Of a stretch of 64,000 nt of DNA, positions 54,063 through 64,000 are shown piece by piece (positions within the stretch are counted from its first letter, which is position 1; each line of letters starts with the position of its first letter). Made by a program: the position numbers and the translations under genes. Origin of the DNA: Tubiluchus corallicola (taxonomy: Eukaryota; Animalia; Priapulida). Under the pieces are notes generated by a model. That model saw only the letters and a program-made list of their open reading frames with translations. It was not told the DNA's origin and did not search any database. The DNA lies in the NCBI GenBank assembly GCA_030141605.1, contig JAQGDQ010000003.1, positions 1,364,001 through 1,428,000 on the forward strand, written 5' to 3'.

Positions 54063-57000
54063 ATGGCGCAATTTGCAGCTTGTTCAAGATTTGTTGTGGA
54101 AAAAGTGAACGGAGATGATGAAATATATATGCCTGGGCCTAATGGACCTGAAACGGTACGTCATTTATGATCTATGCAGTTGTGTGGCTTAGTGACGGTA
54201 GCCTTTAGTTGGTATTGAGCGCGCCACTCTCATAGTACCCATTATGTATTTTTAATATTGATAAAGTAAACAAGGAAGAGTGGAGAGGTTTATAAGCTAT
54301 TTATGCTTAACCTCTATCCTTCGACGGTAACGGTAAGTCTATTTATGGAGCACGTGTAATGTGGATGTTCGCTAACCAGAAAGATTAGGAGTAGTTCGAC
54401 TTACCCTACCCAAAACAGACTTAGAAAAGTGCCGTTCGGTCAGAGCATGCGGGAGGCCACATTAAAATGGAGACCCATTAAAAATTAATAAAAATTGTGC
54501 TGTCTGCACAAAGAGAAGCTTTCTAATGTTTTATTGTTACTGCTGGCTACTTGTAGAACGTGTCGTGTTAAATCTGCCGTAACATGTTTCAGATACTGTA
54601 CAGCAAAAACTAGGATTTTGCTGGTTTGCGTATGACTGTCTGAATAGCAGTATAGTTAAATAGTTCAGCTGGGCTAACTATACTGATTTTTATTTAATTT
54701 ATTCAGTTTTCGTGTTTATATCAGAATTATGTACAAGACACTAAAATAATTTGTTTTTGGTATAAGTAAAAGTGTTATAATAATTTTGCTTTACAACACA
54801 ACATGTAAGGCAAAGTTAACACATCATTTCATATTTGTTATTTTAGTACTTCGTTGTAACTTTTATTATAACTAGCACTTTTATTGTAACTATGTTCGAA
54901 ACTTCGCAATAAATCTTGATATAGTGCACATATCCTTGCATATAATAATTAGAAGTCTTCTTTGTAAGGAGTTACTACTGGCAAATAATTTTGCTGTAAC
55001 AATACATCAAACATTTCAAAACTTTTGCTGTAAGTTTTAAGTATTTTGTTTTTACATTTTCTTATAAATTCAGCAATTTTTACGGCCTCATCAGCTCAAT
55101 ATTTTACCGAACCTATCAATAATTTAATGCTAAAGCCAATCAGAACGTCACAGTTTGGATCACTGATCGACTCATCAATCGACTTATTTTCTAAGTTATA
55201 GTATTCAGTTACTAGGTCATTCATTAGATAGGGATTTTACCTGTTTACTTTCCAAATAATGAATTTTTACTTCCTGATGCCCGCACATCTAGGAAATTTA
55301 CTAGTCCTTAGTAATTTCTTCTCTCAACTTGCATGCGATTTCTATTATACTTCCACATTGCTTTATTATTTTTAGTTACTGACGTCTTAGCTTACTAACC
55401 TGCCTTTTCTTCTTTCATCCTTTACTCACCCTGATCTTCACTTCCTTTTCATTTCTTGTTGTTCTCATTTTTATGTGCACTTACAAATGGCCAAAAAAAA
55501 ATCTAATTTGATGCAGGTGCTTATAAAACTTCTTCAGTTAAGAACATTGATAAACACTAAGTAATTCTGTAGTCTTACATAAAAATCTTGGGAAAATCTT
55601 AGCTGAAAAGTGCATAATTTAAAGTTTTAGACTTTTAGATTTTAAAGAATGGGTTTGGCGCATTATGCTATATTAAATATTTCTATTTTAATTTCAGGGC
55701 CTATCTCTAGATTTTTCTGCAGTATCTTGTGACACTGATATAAGAAGTAGTTGCAAACCAAATGGAGATATTCAAAATGTTAAGTTTGACGAAAAAGAAG
55801 AAGAGAAAACATCTGAAAAACATGACAATTGTCGTGATTCACCTAGATTTACTTTTACCAATACCTCAAATCGAAGACATCAGCATACATACGATACTCT
55901 ACCACATGCAGATCATTACAGAAATGTATTGTCACACGTTTTTAGCAGCAGTAAACGTTCAAGACCAACTCTAGAACAACTGCATGAGGTACAGTACACT
56001 TCTTCTTTAAACAGGGTTCCCACGGTCAGGGAAAATCCTGGAAAGTCATCACAAAGTAAGGGAAACTGAAAAGGGTTGCAAAAATTATCACCGTGAACCG
56101 ATATTTTTCCAAACATATTTTTCATGTTCAAGGAAAATTGTGCTATGGCAGACTCCCAGTTGCGATTTCTGTTCCAAAAATAATGATTGGATTAATAAGT
56201 TTGTTTAATGTGATTGGTGTATTTTCGTTAACTCTACTGCAACTGTGCCGACACATTTTATATCAGTATATGTATGAATGTCCATACACAAAAATATCCG
56301 AATATGTATACTTGTAATACAGTTTCTGTTTATCTTGATCATAGAAAAATCAATATTTGGTCAGCGAAAAGTCAGGGAAATTTATTTTAAAATTCTGTGG
56401 GAACCCTGTGCTTAGATTATGTAAAAATCTTTCTTTAGGGTTCGCTTAATGAAACTATAACTGTGTTTAATTCTATATAAAACAGCATTGCACTGGACTT
56501 TTTTAAATCAGTTCTTGTAACTATTACAGTATTCTAGAACTCAATTTTTTCTGGTTTTAAAAAATACTGTAATTGTACTATGACTCTTTTGGTGTGCAAA
56601 TTACTCTTTGATGTCAGTATTTGTTTTGCTTTTAGGAGACGACTGAACTCACACTGTCCAAAGAATCACCAAAAAAACAAAGTCCATCTCATCTTACATC
56701 AAAAAAGACAATCAAGTTTGGTTGGATTAAAGGAGTACTGGTACGTTAGATGAAATTACAATTTTTTGTATGCTCATGTGACATACATGCAGATATGAGA
56801 TTAAGTAAATTGTATGCTATTATATTATCTGTCAAATATAAAACTTTTTGCAAATTGCTTTCGAAAAATTTTTATAGGTGCGATGCCTACTCAACATCTG
56901 GGGTGTTATGCTTTTTCTGCGATTGTCGTGGGTTGTAGGACAAGCTGGAATAGGTAAGACACTTTTTGTTAAAGTTTCTTTGGTCCATATTGTTAAGTTT

Positions 57001-60000
57001 GAAACTAACCATGTGAGTCTACTAAGCACTCAATATGATTGTAGACTAGACCAGTGTAATAAAATGCACATGATCTAATTAATGTGAATATATTTGATTC
57101 TAGAACTTCTTGGACTCATTTACCATTAAGTTATAATTGTTGTTCACAGTAAACTGCTGAATTTATTGTTACTCATTTCTCAAAGTTAAAATTTATCCTA
57201 ATGCTAAAAATAAAAAATGTAGTGTAAATGTAGAGGCACTCACTCTTTCAATCTCGATCACTATTTAGTAAATGCAAAACAATATTTAAAATTTCCTAAT
57301 TTACAGTATCGTTTCTTATTGTTTGTAGAAACTAAAGTGGAATATGCAGCATTTTAGCATAATGTAAAACGTAAAATTAGTGTGTGCTGGAAATGTATGC
57401 AAATTTTGCAGCAATGCCCTGATGCATAAATTACACTAGTAATAAAGACACTGATAAATGTAGGTCCTTGTAAATGCTGCTCAACACGGACAGTATTATT
57501 AAAATGTAGCGATGGGCCTATAACCATTTTTGGGTAACAAGCCGATGAACCACTGTTCAATGATACCGACAACCTGGCGCTTACGTGGCAATGTACCTTA
57601 CTGTGTTGGTGTCCCATTAACAGTGACTCATACCAATGATTATGAAAAAAGTTCCCATAAATTTTGATCAAAATCCTTAACCTGCGTAATTCGCTTGGAA
57701 TGGTGCATCGCAAAAATATCTCTTCACAAAGAAAGATTTCAAGTGCAATTCGCAAACATTTAGTTCACTTTTTTCAGGTTTATGGGATTTTGATAAAATC
57801 TTGCATTTTTTCAGGCTTGTCCTGTGTTGTGATACTTCTTGCAACTGTTGTTACGACAGTAACTGCCCTGTCAATGTCCGCTATTTGCACAAACGGAGAA
57901 GTAAAGGGAGGTAATAAAAGCTAAACACTCAACTGAAAATAAAAGCAAAATTTATTATCTAAATTAAGTTATTATCAATAGAATGTAACCCCACAAAGTA
58001 TATGATATGTACTGTGCTTTAGTGACTTTTCACGACTAGTTTTTCAACAAGCTTAAACTCACTTCTCGTGGCAAACATAAATCCCATTTTAAATTAATAA
58101 CAACGTTCTTAAAGGGGCATTAATATATTTTAGTAAGTATGCACAAACTGGTTATGATACTCCCAATAGGATGAGTATTTCAATTTTGAATGTGCAGATT
58201 TGATTCCAGGCGTTTTCACAATGTTTTTTTAAGAATTTTTTTTTAGTTTTTACCATAGTTATTGTTGCCAGCATTGGTGATCGTCTGCACTCTGTATTGT
58301 GGCGATATCATAATTTAGAAAGTATTTGCTTTGTTAGCATGGCCTGTAAAAGCAAGGCATGGTAATTCTTGAAGTTTAATGAGCGATCAGAGCTAACTGG
58401 CTAGACACAATGTAACATACATACGCATGCAAAACAACACCTAATCTCTAACTTATCGCTTAAACACAGTAAGTAAAAGTAGATTGCTAAGTGTGCCAAA
58501 CTATTTTTACTGTGACTCTTAATAATTTCAACCACACAAATAAATGGCCCTGCTACGTACAGTATTTTTTGTACACATTTGCATATGTTTATTGCTGATA
58601 CGAAAGAATATTGCTTATTCGAGTGTCTGATTCTATGATTCTGATTCGAAGTTGCAAAATTCAATACGATTCAAATTCAAAAAGCCAAAAATTCGTTTCG
58701 ATTGTAATTCCATTTCTGGTAGAGTCTGCTCACCCCGAACTCCAAGACTAGTAGCGATTTTGTCAGATTTTCTTTTCATCAATGATCCGTCACACGGATC
58801 TACTTTGACACTTGCAAGTGAGACCAGTCACTAAAATGCTTACTCGGCCTTTTTATCTTTCTTTTTGTAGTCATTTACAGGTCACTCACTTGGAAGTCAG
58901 AAAATTCTTTATGATTTTTATGTGTAGGCGCACAGTGTGTGACCTTAGACTTACTAATGTTACTCTCAAACCAGACAGAAAAGAGAAGTTCATTAATATA
59001 CACATGAGGTAGAGCTTTTTGTGGCTCATTCGCTGAATTCCTATAAGAAAGCTTTTGAGTGCAAAGTTTAAAACAGTTATCGGAATTTTTATTCAATGAA
59101 TAATTTTGCCAGTAATTAAAAACATTTTTTCTAGATGGTGTGTCTTGTTGTGTGATAATAATTTAATACAGAAATATTGTCTGTGTGGCAGTAAATAACA
59201 TAAGCTATTGTTAATGGCACAAATTATTAAATGTATCCTTGCGTGTCATGCTAACATGTTTAACTGTGAACTTTATTAAAGTGTATGTACACACAGTTGT
59301 GTATAGCTGTTTAAATTATAGGTATTATATCCCCAGCATCCTGAAAAAGGAAAAGTGTGTTATGTTACATTTGGGTACAACGGGTTGGAAACGCAGTCAT
59401 AAATTCACACACTGATGCATTGACTATTCAATCAACTTTTAATAAATTAAATTATCAACCAAGGTAATATCATTACAATAATCACAGCAGCAACATGAAT
59501 TAAGCCATAACCTTAGTAAAAAGAGGTGAAAATTCAGTTATAGTGATCTCTACACATTATTCTGATAAAGCTGACAAAAAGAATAAACTTAAAATTGATT
59601 TGATAAAGTTAAAAATCAAATGCACTAATTTTACATGTTGCTGCATCACAGCTATTTAGTGTGTTTACTGAGTGTAAAATAATAAGCCAACGCTACTTAT
59701 GATCCATGTGACATCATCAACCAACCAAGTGACTTTATCGACCAATATTACGGACTAAGTTACATAACACAAGTTATGGTACGATATAGATACACCACAG
59801 AAACACATACTCGTAAAAATATTCCTCAACACTCCTTTAATGTCTCTGAAATTTTTGAAGTTTTTACTCAGATGTATTTTAGGCCAACATCCTAGTAATT
59901 TTCGCCTGTAATTGTACTGCACGCAAGCATTGTTCTCACTGCATAACACATTTCTTGTTAGTTTTAGTTTGCAGCTCATTTACGATCCAGCATTTGATTG

Positions 60001-60253
60001 AATGGATGAACACAATTTTGAAAATAAAACTGTCAAATTCAACTGCTTTCAGTTTATCTTGTTTGCAGTATTATGGTAAGCGGTATGTTTACACGCATGC
60101 CCTTTTAATGCAGGTGGTGCATACTATATGATATCACGCAGTCTTGGTCCTGAGTGGGGTGGAGCCATTGGTATAATTTTCTCAGTGGCTAATGCTGTCG
60201 CTGTTGCCATGTATGTTGTAGGATTTGCAGAAACTGTCAGAGATGTGATGTCG
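54063..60253 (+). CDS. SLC12 cation-chloride cotransporter, NKCC-type, paralog 2 (first 6 exons; remainder not in window)
   Basis: Exons 54063-54155 ([15 protein letters not shown]...), 55698-55988 (...[23 protein letters not shown]...RPTLEQLHE), 56636-56740 (...KFGWIKGVL), 56878-56953, 57815-57910 and 60114-60253 ([14 protein letters not shown]...[11 protein letters not shown]). The 76/96/140-nt exon sizes are identical to paralog 1. Confidence 0.93.
56012..56408. mobile_element. hAT-like MITE in SLC12 paralog 2 intron 2
   Basis: Perfect 12-bp inverted termini CAGGGTTCCCAC / GTGGGAACCCTG and GTCAGGGAAA subterminal motifs. The flanking 8-mers TCTTTAAA / TGCTTAGA match only 5/8. Confidence 0.8.
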
Positions 60254-61040
60254 GTAAGTATATGTACCATGCATGTGTAGTTTCTCAGTAGAGCTGTAAT
60301 TTATACAAATTTCTTTCACGGCAAAACGAGATGGTTAGTTAGCTATGCAGTGCTTTAAAAACTTAAGTAGTGTGTTTATTAATCTGCATTATATGGTATA
60401 GACTTACAAGACAAGATAGCTAGATGCATCTTGATGCCACTAGACAGTAGTAGTAGCAATAGTAAACAGCTAGATAACAAAATGTTACTGTACAATAATG
60501 TGTTGTCCATTCAGCCACTCTTTTCTGATTTTTTTTTGTCTTCATAGTAATTTATGCTACTACACGACTAGTTTATTACTGGAAAATAAAGTGTTTTCTA
60601 TTTATTTTAGTAATGCTCAACCTAGATGGCAGCATTTAAAACAAATTTTTGTGCTTGTTTGGAAATGTTCTTGTACAAAAGTAAATGCATTAATAATTCA
60701 CTTTAGTTTTTAACAAAAGCTTTACTGTAAAAAATGACCTCTAGTTGTCAGTACAAGAATTTAATTGCTGTGCGCTTTCAGGAGCCATGAATTTGGCAGT
60801 TCACATACAATGTAGTTACGTGCACATTTTATCTTGTGAGTGAAAAATATTTAAAGAACCTGCAGTAATGAATCAGTCTGCATATCAAAATTGCTCACAA
60901 GGACTCGTAGACTTCAGATAGCTCAATCAAGATCCAGTTTTTGCGATTTAGAAATGCAATTCCAGCAAAAAGTGTTTGACACAAGAACAAGAAAAAACGT
61001 GCAAAGTTTTAGATGATCACTTGTATGCCTAAAGCCAACT

Positions 61041-62567
61041 TTACTGATTACGTCTTCTAACTTGTAGTTTAATTCCTTTGTTTGGGTAGAGAAACCCTCC
61101 TTGCTTCATATCATAGATGTCCACTTCCTTGGTTTCATCACATTTTATAAAGCTAAATTCCCTCAAGATGTTCACCATGCAGATCTTTGCTTCATACTCA
61201 GCAAAGCGAAATCCAATGCAGTTTCTTGGTCCTATCCCAAATGGTGCAAACGTATAGGGCACAATGCTGCTCTTCCTTTCTGGAGACCATCTTTCTGGGT
61301 CAAATATCTCTGGATTCTTCCAGAACTCCTTGTCATGATGTAAGGCATATATTGGAACGGCTACTGCAACACCTTTGGGAATATCGTAGCCACCTAAATG
61401 AAACTCCGCAGAAGATTCTCTGTCGAACCTCACCACTGGAGGGTACATCCTTAATGTTTCATTGGTGAACATGTCAAGCTGTTGCAGTTGGCCTATTGTG
61501 TCATATTTCAGTTCGTTATTTCCGACCATTTGATCTATTTCTGCTTGTATTTTTTCTTGCCACTCTGGATATGTGGCTAGGTTGTATGCCATCCATGATA
61601 ATTGTGTTGATGTTGTCTCGTATCCAGCCAGTAAAAATATGATTGCATTTGCAAGAATTTGTTCATCCGTTAATCCATTTTGTGTTCCTTCTGACGTGTG
61701 AACGTCTTTGTGTGCATCTAGCATGAGCTGGAGAAAATCTGGTCGAAAAGTTGTTTTGTTTCTACGCAATTTTAGTGTGTGCTGTGTTATGTCGCGGAAA
61801 AACTCGAAGGAATCAAGTGAAATTAGGTGGAATTTCATCATCTTTAACAGTTTGGCCAAATGAGGGAGGATCATTATGATCATTAAGCCAAGATCAGTGA
61901 ATTTGAATTCAAATGCCTTTTTTGCATACTTGGCGAAGGGCGCATCAGGGTTTTTCATTGACTCAAGCTGTAAGCCAAACATCGTGCTGGCAATTCCATC
62001 CATGGTAAATGCTCCAAAGAATTCTTTTAATTCGAATGTTTTTTTCTCGTCAGCTAGTTTACCCATATTTGAGACAGCTTCTTTGGAGCACTCTGTGATT
62101 AAACCCATCATTTGTTTAAGTTTACCTGTACTAAATGTAGGAGAAAGGGTACTGCGTATGTCTTTCCATTTCTGCCCTTGAAGATTTGAGAGTCCTTCCG
62201 CTATCAACTTTCCGTCATCGCGGAATAAATCTGCAAGTGATCGTCTGTTGGTGAAAATGTCATGACTTTGCTTGATGAACACCTGTTTTAACATCTCAGG
62301 ATCTGAAACTACAAGAGTTGGGTGCCGTCCATCTAGCATTCCAAACACTCTTCCATATTTTTTCGTCTGTTCTATGTCTGCTCCATGTATTCCTCCTTTT
62401 CTCATATACAAGTGTAAGTTTCCAAATAGTGGAATAGGTTTAGGTCCTGGGATGCCAATCTCCTTCCAGAAGTTGAGGTGCCATGAGGAGTACAGGTATA
62501 TTAAGGCCAAGATGCATACTAACCACAGGAACCAGTTTGGAATGCTGAGTAATCCAAAAAACTCCAT
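61041..62567 (-). CDS. Cytochrome P450, CYP3 clan (CYP3A-like), single coding exon, 508 aa
   Basis: Uninterrupted ORF with an N-terminal anchor (MEFFGLLSIPNWFLWLVCILALIYLY), GIPGPKPIPLFGN hinge, WKDIRSTLSPTFSTGKLK, I-helix AGYETTS, ETLR, PERW and heme loop PFGIGPRNCIG. A splice acceptor (TTTTTTTCAG, AG at 62584-62583) 15 nt before the ATG suggests a 5'-UTR intron. Confidence 0.96.
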   Translation of the reverse strand: MEFFGLLSIPNWFLWLVCILALIYLYSSWHLNFWKEIGIPGPKPIPLFGNLHLYMRKGGIHGADIEQTKKYGRVFGMLDGRHPTLVVSDPEMLKQVFIKQSHDIFTNRRSLADLFRDDGKLIAEGLSNLQGQKWKDIRSTLSPTFSTGKLKQMMGLITECSKEAVSNMGKLADEKKTFELKEFFGAFTMDGIASTMFGLQLESMKNPDAPFAKYAKKAFEFKFTDLGLMIIMILPHLAKLLKMMKFHLISLDSFEFFRDITQHTLKLRRNKTTFRPDFLQLMLDAHKDVHTSEGTQNGLTDEQILANAIIFLLAGYETTSTQLSWMAYNLATYPEWQEKIQAEIDQMVGNNELKYDTIGQLQQLDMFTNETLRMYPPVVRFDRESSAEFHLGGYDIPKGVAVAVPIYALHHDKEFWKNPEIFDPERWSPERKSSIVPYTFAPFGIGPRNCIGFRFAEYEAKICMVNILREFSFIKCDETKEVDIYDMKQGGFLYPNKGIKLQVRRRNQ

Positions 62568-64000
62568 AAGTTCTGTGGTAATCTGAAAAAAACTGTATTT
62601 GTGACATTTCGGCCTGACAGTATCATCGATAATAAATGTAATTTTAATTCTGTGAGCCAAACAATGTAGGTAACCACCATTTAGATAGTGATGTGGTTCA
62701 TCTAACTTGAACTCTTTATTCACTTATGCATGTATCCTGTACACACTTTGTACATGCAAGAGGAAAAAGTAACTGATATCTGTACATATCCCACTTTAGT
62801 TCTCCTGGACAATGAACAGAAAACTAGTACCTTAGGACTAGACAGTTTTGCAAATCTTTGTTAGCTTATCAGTAGGCCTGCCACTGACCGTGACGATTAT
62901 GCTGCGCAATTAAAAGATGTGTATTTTCCTTGCATCATTCTTATGGGGTATTTTAATGTTTGCTAGAAATAGGGTATTTTCTTGTGATAGTTCAAATGCA
63001 TAATTGGTTTTCTTTTCTAGTTACCAACTAAGATGCCCAACTAATATTTCCTCACGTTTCTGTGCGGGCAACTTAATTTAATTTAATTACATAACCACTG
63101 ATTCTTTTTTGTTCTTTTATATGTTAAGGCAGCACTGGTTATTTTCTGCATGTTTGTAATTATAATAAATAATTCGTGTACTAATAAACACTTCATACTA
63201 TGTAATAACCAAAGGCTTAGCTGTTCCTCTATTCTCTGGGCATTTTCATGAGTGACACCCTTTTTTGTAGGAGTCTGTAACATCATAACTGTATATTTTT
63301 AAATGTTACGTTAACATATATTTATTCTTAGAAGCTTTTTAACTTTTTGTTGTTTTATTTCGTATCTGTATAATGTAGCAATGTTAGTTTTGTGAGCACT
63401 TGCATCAAACTGTCTACTTTAAAATTGTGGTAACTGATAACACTTAATATCTTCACTCGAAGTTAATATGTTCTGCCTTAAACTGATGATGTACTGACTA
63501 AAAATCCAATGTGGCATAAGCATAACATTTATGAAGTTGGCTAACTTTTATTCTGTTTCAGATACTATATAAACTAAATCAAACTATGCTTTCCATGTAA
63601 ATTTTTACTCTGAAATAAAAAATATGGAACACGCTGTACAATAAGTGCACATAGTAATTATTTTTTGTGAAATGTAATTTAAAAAGTAATGTTTGAAAAA
63701 GTAAGCACAGTAAATGCTCACATTTAACAGCTGAAGTTTTAAATTAAGGGTAAGAAATTAAAAACTTTTACAAAGTGATGGAATAAAATGGCTACCTACG
63801 TTGACTTACAAAATTATGTATAAAATGCCTACCTTTAGGTTGATATCAGTCTTCTGTGTCTCGTGTAGGAGCTGATAAGTTAAAGGCAGGTAAGAATGTG
63901 CCTGTTCAAGGTCTGTGCTGTGCTGCCAGGTGATACAGAAATTACTGAACTTTGTGCTGCTGCCAGTCTTTAAATGCAGGTCGTTCAGGCATTTCTCAAT

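Noticed and set aside
54330-54480. tRNA gene (GTTCGACT B-box)
   Set aside because: No cloverleaf can be drawn; at most a decayed SINE.
56954-60113. Alternative 96-nt TM2 cassette exons like NKCC2 A/B/F
   Set aside because: I read the flanking introns of both paralogs for a second SAIxTNG-coding exon and found none.
60529-60537. Poly(A) remnant of P450 retroposition
   Set aside because: Only a 9-nt run in an AT-rich genome full of such runs, and no TSD is identifiable.
62568-62723. 52-aa N-terminal extension of the P450 in the ORF track
   Set aside because: It starts at a non-ATG codon, precedes the membrane anchor and crosses a strong splice acceptor (TTTTTTTCAG at ~62592-62583); it is probably intron.

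Overview
AT-rich, intron-rich animal (invertebrate-like) genomic DNA, not prokaryotic, so most of the supplied short ORFs are intronic noise or single exons. I rebuilt these genes by hand from GT-AG junctions: the last 4 exons of an FBXW9-like WD40 gene (+, 1-3783); a complete 8-exon FNTA (-, 6396-15025); a 4-exon ARL9/ARL10-type small GTPase with an N-terminal hydrophobic anchor (+, 20039-22892); a 24-exon NKCC-type SLC12 cotransporter (+, ~30330-50081); the first 6 exons of a tandem NKCC-type paralog (+, 54063-60253, apparently continuing past the window); and a single-coding-exon CYP3-clan P450 antisense and downstream of that paralog's sixth exon (-, 61041-62567). Mobile DNA includes a decayed Academ(X)-like XPG-nuclease transposon arranged as a large inverted repeat, a 1.3-kb solo LTR with an exact 4-bp target-site duplication (TSD) inserted into it, two decayed LINEs in SLC12 introns, a Gypsy integrase fragment between 55-bp direct repeats, and several MITEs. 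The best leads are the asymmetric N-termini of the two NKCC paralogs, an in-frame RFxV motif with no AUG in front of it, and the nested intronless P450. None of these can yet be called a new biological system from sequence alone.
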